Assembly: GCA_035649695.1 (NCBI GenBank)
Contig: DASRJA010000613.1
Location: forward strand, 1-47,542
DNA: 47,542 nt
DNA from: Mycobacterium sp.
Lineage (GTDB): Bacteria; Actinomycetota; Actinomycetes; Mycobacteriales; Mycobacteriaceae
Direction of reading: 5' to 3'
The notes beneath the pieces were generated by a model that saw nothing but the letters and a program-made list of their open reading frames with translations, searched no databases and was not told the DNA's origin. Positions 38,553 through 47,542 of this stretch are shown here, piece after piece. The position numbers and the translations under genes are program-made. The first letter of the stretch is position 1, and every line of letters starts with the position of its first letter.

Positions 38553-39117
38553 TTGACGAGCGGGTTGAGAACACCATTGGGGCCGGCCTCGGCGACCCTG
38601 ATCCTCGGTGGCGATGCCCAGACCCTGTCCTGGTCGTTCGTGGCGACCGACTTTCCTTTCCTGGCCGCGTCGGGCAGCGCGCAAGCCAAGGCGATCTCGG
38701 CTGCCACCGGGAACAAGGATCTGTTCTCGGCCACCGTGCTCAAGGTGTCGCATCACGCGTCGAAGCACGGCGTCAATCTGGAACTCGTCGAACGGATCCA
38801 CCCTGCGGTGACGCTGGTGTCGTCCACCGCAAGCGGCACGAAGTACGGGTTCCCCCACACCGTGTCGCAGGAAGCCATCCGGGAGGCGCTCGATCCGGTC
38901 GCCAGCAAGCTCAATCCGGCCACCGGGCTGCCTAAAGACCACAAGTCCGATGCCGAACTGCGCATCTTTCTACACCAGCGATACCACCACGGGACCGGGC
39001 GGCCCCGATGCTGGATCCTTCGCCCTATTGCTGCGCGGCGAGCGTCGCGAGCTCTGGCGCTTCGGCGATGCTCCCAGCCAATCGGTCGACCTCAGCAGTG
39101 CCAGGCTGTGGACGTGA
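38553..39117 (+). pseudogene. 5'-truncated, frameshifted ComEC/Rec2-like MBL-fold fragment
   Basis: LILGGDA and LKVSHHASKHG..YGFPH motifs without the N-terminal HxHxDH. An apparent extra base near 38966-38970 (ATCTTTCTAC) shifts the frame; the other frame reads YTSDTTT..LWRFGD..LWT* to 39117. Confidence 0.6.
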
Positions 39118-39147
39118 AGCCCGACCCGCGCTGAGTCCGTCGCCCGG

Positions 39148-40167
39148 TCAGCGGAAGCGGACGTCCAACGTCGCCAGACCGAAGATCTTCTTGCCGTCGG
39201 ACTTCGCCGAGACGATGACAACCCCGGAGCGGGTCTCAGGGTCCAGCGACTTGATCCGGCCGCCGAACTCGATGTCCGCGCCCCCGGTGGCCGACACGAT
39301 CGCGGGCGCGGACAGCCGCACCGCGTAGCGGGTAACCGCACCGGGATCACCCGACCACGCGGAGGCGAAGCCGGCACCCAACCCCATGGTGAGCATTCCG
39401 TGGGCGATCACATCGGGCAGCCCGGCCAGCTTCGCGATGGCCTCGTCCCAGTGAATCGGGTTGGCGTCGCCGGCCACGCCGGCGTAGTTCACCAGGTCGC
39501 CGCGGGACAGTCGGGTGTGGTGCACCGGTAGCTCGTCGCCGACCTTCACGTCATCGAACGACGGCGTGCCCGGCGTGCGGGCGGTGCTGTCGGCGATCCG
39601 CACCTCGCCCTCGGGGCGCACCGTCTTGTGGTACTCGGATTCGCCGACCCCGAAGATGTCGACGTCGTGCATCATCGCGTTGTGCACGGCTGTCTTGATC
39701 TCCGGATTGAGATCCTCGGCGGTGACGCCGACGACGGTGGTGTGCAGGGTGTGCACCCGCTCGCCGGCGGTGTCGGTGAAGGTGTTGGTGACGGTGATCA
39801 GGTCTCTGCCGGCGATGCGGCGCACTGACGTCAGTTCGACGTCGACGTGCAGTTCGTCGCCGGCCACGATCGGGCGGTGCTGCTCGAAGACCTCTTCGGT
39901 CTGCATGTAGGTGTCGTAACCGACGACCACCTGTTCGAACATGTGGCGATTGCAGGTCATGCCTGGAGTCGACGTAAACGTCAGCGGCGCCATGAGGTCC
40001 GAATATCCCAGCTCAGCGGCGGCGGCGACATCCCAGTGCGCGGGGTGATAGTCCTGCACGGCACGGGCGTACTCGCGTACCTTCTCGCGGCCGACCAGGT
40101 AGGTGCCGTCCATCTGGTAGTAGTGGCCGACCCGCGCTTCAAGCAGCGATGCTTCTGGTGCGGTCAT
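39148..40167 (-). CDS. Fused HadA/HadB-like (3R)-hydroxyacyl-ACP dehydratase (MSMEG_6754/MAB_4780-like)
   Basis: Double hotdog fold: GREKVREYARAV..HPAH..APLTF (HadA-like) and YAGVAGDANPIHWD..IAHGM (HadB hydratase-2 motif). Confidence 0.9.
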   Translation of the reverse strand: MTAPEASLLEARVGHYYQMDGTYLVGREKVREYARAVQDYHPAHWDVAAAAELGYSDLMAPLTFTSTPGMTCNRHMFEQVVVGYDTYMQTEEVFEQHRPIVAGDELHVDVELTSVRRIAGRDLITVTNTFTDTAGERVHTLHTTVVGVTAEDLNPEIKTAVHNAMMHDVDIFGVGESEYHKTVRPEGEVRIADSTARTPGTPSFDDVKVGDELPVHHTRLSRGDLVNYAGVAGDANPIHWDEAIAKLAGLPDVIAHGMLTMGLGAGFASAWSGDPGAVTRYAVRLSAPAIVSATGGADIEFGGRIKSLDPETRSGVVIVSAKSDGKKIFGLATLDVRFR

Positions 40168-40285
40168 GAATTCGCCCTACTTTTCTATCGGCTGGTTCGC
40201 TGAGGCCGACCAAGCACCCTAACGCGCCGGCATTTGTCGCCGGGATTGGCGCTCGATGGCTCGAAGCACTAATTTTCCGGAGGTG

Positions 40286-41281
40286 ATGTCCTCAGCTGCT
40301 GGTGCAGTCGCTCGGTGGATCGCTCCCCTTCTAACCGTTGCAGCGGTCGCCTGCGTGGGTCTAGTTGCCCACTCGGTGCCCGCCCCGGCGGTGCGCCTGG
40401 CAGCCGATGAGGGAAACCCGCTGGCTGGGTTGCCGTTCTTCGTCAATCCCACATCGGCGGCCATGCGTGCCGCGCAGAAGGCCGATCCGCCGAGCCCCGA
40501 GTTGACCGCCATCGCGAACACACCGCAGGCGTACTGGCTCGTCCCGGGCACTTCCGCCGCCACGGTCGCGAAGTACACCGGTGATGCGCAGGCTGCCGGC
40601 GCCATGCCGGTGCTGGCGCTCTATGGAATCCCACACCGCGACTGCGGCAGCTTCGCCGCGGGAGGCTTCGCGACAGGCGCCGAGTACCGCCAGTGGATCG
40701 ACGGCATCGCCGCCGACCTTGGCTCCTCGCCGGCCGCGGTAATCGTCGAACCCGATGCACTCGCCATGGCCGACTGCCTGTCGGGTGACCAGCGCCAGGA
40801 ACGGTTCGACTTGATTCGCTACGCCGTCGACACGCTGACCCGTAATCCGGCCGCGGCCGTCTACATCGACGCCGGCCACTTGCGCTGGCACAGTGCCGAC
40901 GAAATGGCTGCCAGGCTCAACCAGGCCGGTGTGGACCACGCGCGAGGCTTCAGCCTCAACACCGCCAACTTCTTCACCACCGATGACGAAATTGGTTATG
41001 GCGAAGCGATTTCGGGGCTCACGAACGGTTCGCACTACGTGATCGACACGTCGCGCAACGGCGCCGGGCCAGCGCCGGACTCCCCGCTCGACTGGTGCAA
41101 CCCCAGCGGCCGAGCACTGGGCACCCCGCCCACCACGGCTACAGCAGGCGCACACGCCGACGCCTACCTGTGGATCAAACGTCCCGGCGAATCCGATGGA
41201 TCCTGCAACCGCGGTGATCCGCCGGCGGGCAACTTCGTGACTCAGTTCGCCATCGCTCTGGCGAGCAACCCAGGCCATTAA
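40286..41281 (+). CDS. celA1: GH6 endoglucanase (CelA1/Rv0062-like)
   Basis: Signal peptide; YGIPHRDC, VEPDAL, YIDAGH, VIDTSRNG, WCNP and WIKRPGESDG. Confidence 0.92.
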   Translation: MSSAAGAVARWIAPLLTVAAVACVGLVAHSVPAPAVRLAADEGNPLAGLPFFVNPTSAAMRAAQKADPPSPELTAIANTPQAYWLVPGTSAATVAKYTGDAQAAGAMPVLALYGIPHRDCGSFAAGGFATGAEYRQWIDGIAADLGSSPAAVIVEPDALAMADCLSGDQRQERFDLIRYAVDTLTRNPAAAVYIDAGHLRWHSADEMAARLNQAGVDHARGFSLNTANFFTTDDEIGYGEAISGLTNGSHYVIDTSRNGAGPAPDSPLDWCNPSGRALGTPPTTATAGAHADAYLWIKRPGESDGSCNRGDPPAGNFVTQFAIALASNPGH

Positions 41282-41301
41282 ACGCTCGGTAGCGTCGTCG
41301 T

Positions 41302-42498
41302 ATGACGGACAACCCGGCAGAAGTAGTCGAATCGGTCGAGCCGCGACGGTCGATGCGGCACTACTGGCGCCGCATGGCGATCGTGCTGACCATCACGCTG
41401 CTGCTGTTCGGGGTGCCGTGGTGGACGCTGTTCGCGCCGAGCGCATCATGGCCGACGGCCGTGTTCGTGGTCGGCACGCTGCTCTTCGTCGGCGCGTTCG
41501 CTGCAATGCCTCTGCTGATGGTGTTCGGTCACGGGCGCAGGCATCTTGACTGGGCCGCCACCACCGGAGACACCCTGCTCGGCGCGGCGTGGGTGATGTT
41601 TGTCTGGTCCCTGCTGGGTCAGCTGTTGCGCCTGGTCCTGCTGACCGCGGGAGTCGCGGATCCGGTGCGGTCCCGACTGGTCGCCGGAGCTGTCCTCTGT
41701 GCGGTCGTCGTTCTCCTCGCGTGGGGCTACGCCGAAGCGATGCGGGTGCCGCGCGTCAAGAAAGTCGAGGTCGCTATCGCGCGGCTCGGGCCCGGCTTGG
41801 ATGGCCTGCGTGTCGCAGTCATCACCGACACGCATTACGGGCCGATCAATCGCGCGCGGTGGTCGACAGCCGTGGTGGCGCGCGTCAACGAGCTCAGCGC
41901 CGACCTCGTCTGCCATGTCGGCGATATCGCCGACGGGACGGTCGAGGTACGCGAGCTGCAGGCCAGTCCGCTCGCTTCGGTGAATGCCACGTTGGCTCGC
42001 GTCTACGTCACCGGCAATCACGAGTACTTCAGCGAGGCCGAAGGCTGGCTGGACTATATGGAGAGCATCGGCTGGGCGGCTCTGCACAACCGACACCTGA
42101 TCGTCGAGCGCGGCGGTGACCGGCTCGTTGTGGCCGGCGTGGACGACGCCACCGCACAGTCGTCCGATGCCCGCGGACACCGAGCGGATCTCGAGGCCGC
42201 CCGCGCGGGGGCCGACGCCACGCTGCCGGTCCTTCTCCTCGCGCATCAACCCAAGCAGGTCTCCCACGCGATGCGCGCGGGCGTCGACCTTCAGATCTCG
42301 GGTCACACTCACGGTGGTCAGATCTGGCCGTTCAATCTTCTTGTCCGACTGGAACAACCGGTCGTACATGGTTTGAGTCGGCACGGTGATCGGACCCAGC
42401 TCTACACCAGCCGTGGCACCGGATTCTGGGGGCCGCCGTTTCGGGTGTTCGCGCCGAGCGAGATCACGCTGCTGACTCTCCGATCGCCCCTCAGGTAG
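41302..42498 (+). CDS. Membrane-anchored metallophosphoesterase (YkuE-like)
   Basis: About four N-terminal TM helices; DTH, GDIAD, GNHE, LAHQP and SGHTHGGQ. Confidence 0.92.
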   Translation: MTDNPAEVVESVEPRRSMRHYWRRMAIVLTITLLLFGVPWWTLFAPSASWPTAVFVVGTLLFVGAFAAMPLLMVFGHGRRHLDWAATTGDTLLGAAWVMFVWSLLGQLLRLVLLTAGVADPVRSRLVAGAVLCAVVVLLAWGYAEAMRVPRVKKVEVAIARLGPGLDGLRVAVITDTHYGPINRARWSTAVVARVNELSADLVCHVGDIADGTVEVRELQASPLASVNATLARVYVTGNHEYFSEAEGWLDYMESIGWAALHNRHLIVERGGDRLVVAGVDDATAQSSDARGHRADLEAARAGADATLPVLLLAHQPKQVSHAMRAGVDLQISGHTHGGQIWPFNLLVRLEQPVVHGLSRHGDRTQLYTSRGTGFWGPPFRVFAPSEITLLTLRSPLR

Positions 42499-42672
42499 CG
42501 CACCTCCGCAACTGAGGTAGTCCACTACCCCAGTGGGCCCTTTTCCGCCGACCTAGATTCCCGAATAGATACGCACAACTGCCTTATTGGGATCGGTAGT
42601 CACGCGTCCGCTATGTACTCGCGACAACGACGGGCGCAACTGCGTCCAGGTCTGTGCACACAGGAGGGCTCC

Positions 42673-43812
42673 ATGTCTATGAACATCAACTACGAACCAG
42701 CCGCGTCGCGACAGTTCGAAGCGAATCCGCCGTTCTTCGGCTCCAAGGTCGCCTCCATAACGACACCCGGCTGGCAGAAGAACCCGGTCGGGTCACACCT
42801 CATCATGACTGTCGGTGTCTTCGCGTTCTGTGGCGTGCTCGGCGGCCTGTACATGTTCATGCAGTCGTCTGTCGAACGCAGTTCGACGTCGATGCAGCAA
42901 TTCGCCGGGTACGGCTTCCTGGCCGTTGGTATTGCTCTCCTGGTTTTGGGTACGGCCATCTGGTATCGGCGGTCTCAACGGAAGATCCTGCTTTCCGTCA
43001 CGACCGATGAATTAACTGTCAATATTCGGCCAGGTGACGTCTACTCATTCATTGGCGCGAAGCTGGGCACCTGGGGAGTGACCGGCGGCGCGACAATGGG
43101 TTTGGCGCTGCACCTCCAGTCTGGCGAGCGCCGATTCATTCTCGGCGGGCGCGACCGTCGCGTTGCCGCGGGCACACGGCTGGAAGCAGAGGACGTGGGC
43201 TACGGCCTACCGGTTGACGTCGACGCCTGGTTGTCGGCCGAAGACTTCGAGGAGATCCTCACCATGGTCAGCCGCCGCAGTGGGCTGGATATCCGTCGGC
43301 CCGGACCGGGGGACCCGATTCGCTGCTTGCTGTTCGTCAACTCGCTGAAGCTTCAAGAGATCGGGTCGTTCTCATTCAGGAAACAGTGGGAATTCTCGCG
43401 GTCGATGCACCAAGCGCGGCTGGCCATTGACGTTGTCCCAGAAGGGATTCGGGTGATCGACCCGCAGAGCGGTGCGCTCATTGCCGCGGTTTCGACTGCG
43501 CAGGTGACTGCGACACCCGTGATCTATAGCCCCGAGCAAGGGAATCACTGGTTTCCGGACCTCGGAAACGTCATCAGCGATGTGGCGACCAACTACTGGT
43601 CCACGTCGCCAGGCATGCGTGTATCCGTTCCTGGTATGGCCCCGCTGACGATCGGATGCCGCGACTCCGTTTCAGGTTTGGACTTTCGATTCTCGTGGCC
43701 CGGCGGCGTACCTGTCGTAGCTGCGCGCGCTGACTACGAGATCTCGGGGACGGATCTGCTCACTCTCACCGAGAAATTCGGGCTGACCCGCCATCTGCAA
43801 CGAGGCGCATAG
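42673..43812 (+). CDS. Hypothetical membrane protein
   Basis: Long ORF with AGGAGG RBS before ATG 42673 and two TM helices near the N-terminus. Confidence 0.7.
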   Translation: MSMNINYEPAASRQFEANPPFFGSKVASITTPGWQKNPVGSHLIMTVGVFAFCGVLGGLYMFMQSSVERSSTSMQQFAGYGFLAVGIALLVLGTAIWYRRSQRKILLSVTTDELTVNIRPGDVYSFIGAKLGTWGVTGGATMGLALHLQSGERRFILGGRDRRVAAGTRLEAEDVGYGLPVDVDAWLSAEDFEEILTMVSRRSGLDIRRPGPGDPIRCLLFVNSLKLQEIGSFSFRKQWEFSRSMHQARLAIDVVPEGIRVIDPQSGALIAAVSTAQVTATPVIYSPEQGNHWFPDLGNVISDVATNYWSTSPGMRVSVPGMAPLTIGCRDSVSGLDFRFSWPGGVPVVAARADYEISGTDLLTLTEKFGLTRHLQRGA

Positions 43813-43814
43813 GC

Positions 43815-46145
43815 TCAGCTTCCAAAACCCGCCTTGCGCAACGCATCCGCCATTGAGCCCGCAGGTTGATTCGACGGCCGCCGCCCAGCATCCTTGTCCC
43901 GACGTGGCTTACCCTGGCGCTGCTTGTCAGGTTCGCGACGGCCGCCCCGATCCTGCTGCGGCGTGTCATTCAGGCGCAGACTCAAACCGATGCGCTGGCG
44001 TTCCACATCGACAGCGACGACCTTGACTCGCACCACCTGACCCGACCGCACAACCTCATGCGGGTCGGACACAAAGTGATCGGCCATCGCGGAGACGTGC
44101 ACCAGGCCATCCTGATGCACTCCGACGTCGACGAACGCGCCGAACGCAGCGACGTTGGTAACGACACCCTCCAAGACCATGCCAACCTTCAGGTCGGCCA
44201 CCTTCTCCACACCGGCAGCGAACGTGGCCGTCGAGAACGCGGGCCGCGGATCGCGTCCGGGCTTCTCCAGTTCGGCGAGAATGTCGGTCACAGTCGGCAT
44301 ACCGAACTGGTCATCGGCGAAGTCGGCGGGCCGAAGGGCACGCAACGACCGCTCGTTGCCGATGAGTTCGGCGAGAGTCACACCTGCGCGGTCCAGGATG
44401 CGCCGCACCACCGGATACGCCTCGGGATGAACACCGGACGCATCGATGGGATCGTCGCCACCACGGATCCGCAGGAAGCCCGCGCATTGTTCGAATGCCT
44501 TGGGGCCCAAGCGAGGAACCTTCAGCAGCGCCTTGCGGTTGCGAAACGGCCCTGTCTTGTCGCGGTGGGCGACAATCGCCTCGGCCAAGGATTCTGAGAC
44601 ACCGGACACTCGCGCCAGCAGCGGCACGGACGCCGTATTCAGGTCGACGCCCACCGCGTTCACGGCATCCTCGACGACGGCTTCCAGGCTGCGGGCGAGC
44701 GTGCCTGGCGTGACGTCGTGCTGGTACTGCCCAACGCCGATCGACTTCGGCTCGATCTTCACCAGTTCCGCCAGCGGATCCTGCAGCCGCCGCGCAATCG
44801 ACACGGCCCCACGCAGAGTCACGTCGAGGCTCGGCAGCTCTTGCGCCGCATACGCAGACGCCGAGTACACCGACGCACCGGCCTCGCTCACCATGGCCTT
44901 CGCAGGAGCTTTGGCGCCCGCGGCGCGGATGTCGGCAATGAGTTCGGCGGCCAAGGCGTCGGTCTCGCGTGACGCCGTGCCATTGCCGACAGCGATCAAC
45001 TCGACGCCGTGACGGGCGACGAGCGCCCCCAGCGCTGCCTTGGCCGAATCCCATTGCTTCTGTGGCTGATGCGGGAAGATCGCGCAGGTGTCCACCACCT
45101 TGCCGGTGCCGTCCACGACTGCCACCTTCACACCGGTTCGATAGCCGGGATCAAGGCCGAGCGTGGTGCGGTTGCCTGCGGGCGCTGCGAGCAGGAGGTC
45201 CTTGAGATTCTTGGCGAACACCGCGACCGCGTCTTCCTCAGCGCGTTGGCGCAGCCGGACGCGGGCGTCGACCCTGGCAGAGATGTTCAGCTTGGTGCGC
45301 CACGCCCACGCGACGGTGCCCGCAAGCCACGGCGTCGCCGATGCATTCGAGGTCATGTCGATACCGAGGGTCTGGGCGATCATCGCGTGGTAGAACTCGT
45401 CGTCGCCACCGTCGAACGTCAGCGCAAGCGCCTCTTCCTTCTCGCCACGCATCACGGCAAGCACGCGGTGTGACGGCATGGTCTCCAACGATTCCCCGAA
45501 CTCGAAGTAGTCGCGAAACTTCTGCGCTGCCGCACCTTTCGCGACATCGTCTGACCAGGGCGCTGTGCGCAGCGAACCGGCCTTCCAGAACTTCTCGCGG
45601 ATGGCACCGATGAGTTCGGCGTCCTCGGCCGCACGCTCGGCGAGGATGTGTCGCGCGCCCTCCAGTGCTGCGGAAGCGTCGGCTACGTCGTCGCGCAGGA
45701 ACTCTGCGGCAGCTTCCTCGGGAACCAACGTCGGATCGGCTAGCAGCCGATCGGCAAGGGGCTCGAGCCCAGCCTCGCGTGCGATCTGCGCTTTGGTCCG
45801 CCTCTTCGGCTTGTAGGGCAGGTAGATGTCTTCGACACGCGATTTCGTATCAGCCGCCATCAATGCGGCCTTCAACTCGTCGGTAAGCTTCCCCCGCTCG
45901 TCGATAGAGGCCAGGACCGCGGCCCGACGGTCGTCTAGCTCTCGCAGATACTGCAGGCGCTCCTCGAGGCTCCGCAGCCGCCCGTCATCGAGACTCCCGG
46001 TCGCCTCTTTGCGGTACCGGGCGATGAATGGAACAGTGGCGCCCTCGTCGAGTAGCCGTACCGCAGCGGCGACCTGAACCTCCTGGACAGCGAGTTCCTC
46101 AGCGAGACGGGCGTTTACAGATTTCATCGTTGAGCTCCGAGGCAC
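43815..46145 (-). CDS. tex: Tex-family RNA-binding transcriptional accessory protein
   Basis: GATVPFIARYRKE, LGLDPGYRTG, SEAGASVYSAS, SIGVGQYQHDV and a C-terminal S1 domain. Start is 46145 or 46127. Confidence 0.96.
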   Translation of the reverse strand: MPRSSTMKSVNARLAEELAVQEVQVAAAVRLLDEGATVPFIARYRKEATGSLDDGRLRSLEERLQYLRELDDRRAAVLASIDERGKLTDELKAALMAADTKSRVEDIYLPYKPKRRTKAQIAREAGLEPLADRLLADPTLVPEEAAAEFLRDDVADASAALEGARHILAERAAEDAELIGAIREKFWKAGSLRTAPWSDDVAKGAAAQKFRDYFEFGESLETMPSHRVLAVMRGEKEEALALTFDGGDDEFYHAMIAQTLGIDMTSNASATPWLAGTVAWAWRTKLNISARVDARVRLRQRAEEDAVAVFAKNLKDLLLAAPAGNRTTLGLDPGYRTGVKVAVVDGTGKVVDTCAIFPHQPQKQWDSAKAALGALVARHGVELIAVGNGTASRETDALAAELIADIRAAGAKAPAKAMVSEAGASVYSASAYAAQELPSLDVTLRGAVSIARRLQDPLAELVKIEPKSIGVGQYQHDVTPGTLARSLEAVVEDAVNAVGVDLNTASVPLLARVSGVSESLAEAIVAHRDKTGPFRNRKALLKVPRLGPKAFEQCAGFLRIRGGDDPIDASGVHPEAYPVVRRILDRAGVTLAELIGNERSLRALRPADFADDQFGMPTVTDILAELEKPGRDPRPAFSTATFAAGVEKVADLKVGMVLEGVVTNVAAFGAFVDVGVHQDGLVHVSAMADHFVSDPHEVVRSGQVVRVKVVAVDVERQRIGLSLRLNDTPQQDRGGRREPDKQRQGKPRRDKDAGRRPSNQPAGSMADALRKAGFGS

Positions 46146-46319
46146 GCGAAGACTCTACCGACGAAATACCGACACTGCACCGCGCCACGAACACGAGAAA
46201 GTTCGACGGGAGATGTCGGAGACGCCGTGACGGCGCCGGTGTTGCACGTTCAGGTGATTGAGTCAGGACCCATGGCGGTCTTCGTGGTGGGCCGATGCAC
46301 GGCAACCTTGCGATGTCGA

Positions 46320-46550
46320 CTATTCCGGGATGAGTTGGTCGCTATCGGTGAACACCAGGCTGCCGGTGTCGAGCCTTACCGCCCACCGCCGGGCAGGATC
46401 GGCGATGCGTTCGGTGCCGATATCAACGGGGTGTCCGGCTGTCTGTCCGAAATCGTCGACAACGACCCCGCGGCATTCCGCGTCGGTGCCCGGATACACC
46501 CGGACCCGCATGTCCACCGCCACGGATGTATCAGTGTTCTTGTCGGTCAT
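46320..46550 (-). CDS. Small conserved hypothetical protein
   Basis: RVRVYPGT..GVVVDDFG..RRWAVRLDTG.LVF; SH3-like beta pattern. Confidence 0.6.
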   Translation of the reverse strand: MTDKNTDTSVAVDMRVRVYPGTDAECRGVVVDDFGQTAGHPVDIGTERIADPARRWAVRLDTGSLVFTDSDQLIPE

Positions 46551-46760
46551 CTCACGAGCGCGCTTCCCCATCTTGACCCCCAGTTACGTGAATTAACCCC
46601 GATGTCAGTAGACCACGCTTAGCCCGACGTGGAAAAGGGAAAGCGTGTTCATCACGAACTCAGCGTGACCGCCTTAGAGTCCAGATGTCGAGAATGGCGT
46701 CACGGCTCCGTCCCACGGGTGAGCGACCAACTAGGGTCGCCACACTGAAGGGAGAAACTC

Positions 46761-47168
46761 ATGGCCAAGTACCTGTTCCTCAAGCACTACCGAGGCGCGC
46801 CCGCAAGCGTCAACGACGTGCCGATGGACCAGTGGACGCCCGACGAGGTCCAGGCCCACATCCAATACATGAACGACTTCGCGAAGCGTCTGCAAGAAAG
46901 CGGCGAATTCGTCGACAGCCAGGCGTTGGCCCCGGACGGCGCCTGGGTCCGCTCCGACGGCGAGGGCAAGCCGCCGGTGACCGACGGCCCCTTCGCGGAG
47001 ACCAAGGACCTGATCGCGGGTTGGATGATCATCGACGTCGACTCCTACGAGCGCGCCGTCGAGCTGGCCGGTGAATTGTCCGCAGCACCCGGCGCGGGCG
47101 GCAAGCCCATCCATGAGTGGCTCGAGGTGCGGTCGTTCCTGACCGCTGCGCCGAAATTCACCGATTAG
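46761..47168 (+). CDS. YciI/DGPF-family protein
   Basis: TDGPFAETKDLIAGW motif; RBS AAGGGAG. Confidence 0.92.
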   Translation: MAKYLFLKHYRGAPASVNDVPMDQWTPDEVQAHIQYMNDFAKRLQESGEFVDSQALAPDGAWVRSDGEGKPPVTDGPFAETKDLIAGWMIIDVDSYERAVELAGELSAAPGAGGKPIHEWLEVRSFLTAAPKFTD

Positions 47169-47192
47169 GTGTCTGCTGCCGCCGGGGATGCG

Positions 47193-47542
47193 GTGGACGA
47201 GGCCCAGCTGCGGGACCTGATCCCCGGCGTGCTGGCGGCCCTCGTCCACCGCGGGGCGGACTTCGCGACCGCCGAGGACGCCGTGCAGGAGGCGCTGGTC
47301 CGGGCGGTCGAAACGTGGCCGAACCAACGCCCCGACGACGCCAAGGGCTGGTTGATCACCACCGCATGGCGCCGCTTCCTGGATCTCACCCGGTCCGATA
47401 TCGCGCGGCGCCGACGCGAGGCCCAGGTGTCCGACGAGCCGCCAACCGGACCGACCGCCTCCGTGGATGACACGCTCCAGCTCTACTTCCTGTGCGCGCA
47501 CCCGAGCCTCACCCCCGCGTCGGCGGTCGCCCTGACGCTGCG
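47193..47542 (+). CDS. ECF sigma-70 factor (ECF42-like), runs off the right edge
   Basis: Translated by hand: VDEAQLRDLIPGVLAALVHRGADFATAEDAVQEAL..WLITTAWRRFLD..DDTLQLYFLCAHPSL. Follows the DGPF gene; alternative in-frame start at 47169. Confidence 0.88.
   Translation, partial: MDEAQLRDLIPGVLAALVHRGADFATAEDAVQEALVRAVETWPNQRPDDAKGWLITTAWRRFLDLTRSDIARRRREAQVSDEPPTGPTASVDDTLQLYFLCAHPSLTPASAVALTL

Overview
High-GC actinobacterial DNA, almost certainly Mycobacteriaceae (MmpS/MmpL pair, Rv3096-like GH5, fused HadA/HadB-like dehydratase beside a GH6 cellulase, Tex). Bases 1-21 kb are an accessory patchwork of ABC transporter, oxidoreductase, acyl-CoA ligase, hydrolase and MmpSL genes, with several gene remnants and an orphan repeat array near 3.0-3.2 kb. 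The main feature is a tightly coupled ~14.6 kb operon at 23.7-38.3 kb: P450, ACP, FAAL, ABC exporter, hydrolase, ACP, KS-AT-ACP PKS, FAAL, desaturase, desaturase, ACP, desaturase, thioesterase. Its 3' half has the gene order of the bacterial polyyne core (caryoynencin/protegencin type). It is joined to a second FAAL/ACP/PKS/P450 arm, and no rubredoxin or thiolase gene is visible. A three-gene two-component locus lies upstream and shares a palindromic box with the operon promoter. The right end (39-47.5 kb) looks like conserved mycobacterial backbone. No rRNA, tRNA, CRISPR array or intact transposase was seen. All calls rest on motif recognition by eye; no searches were run.
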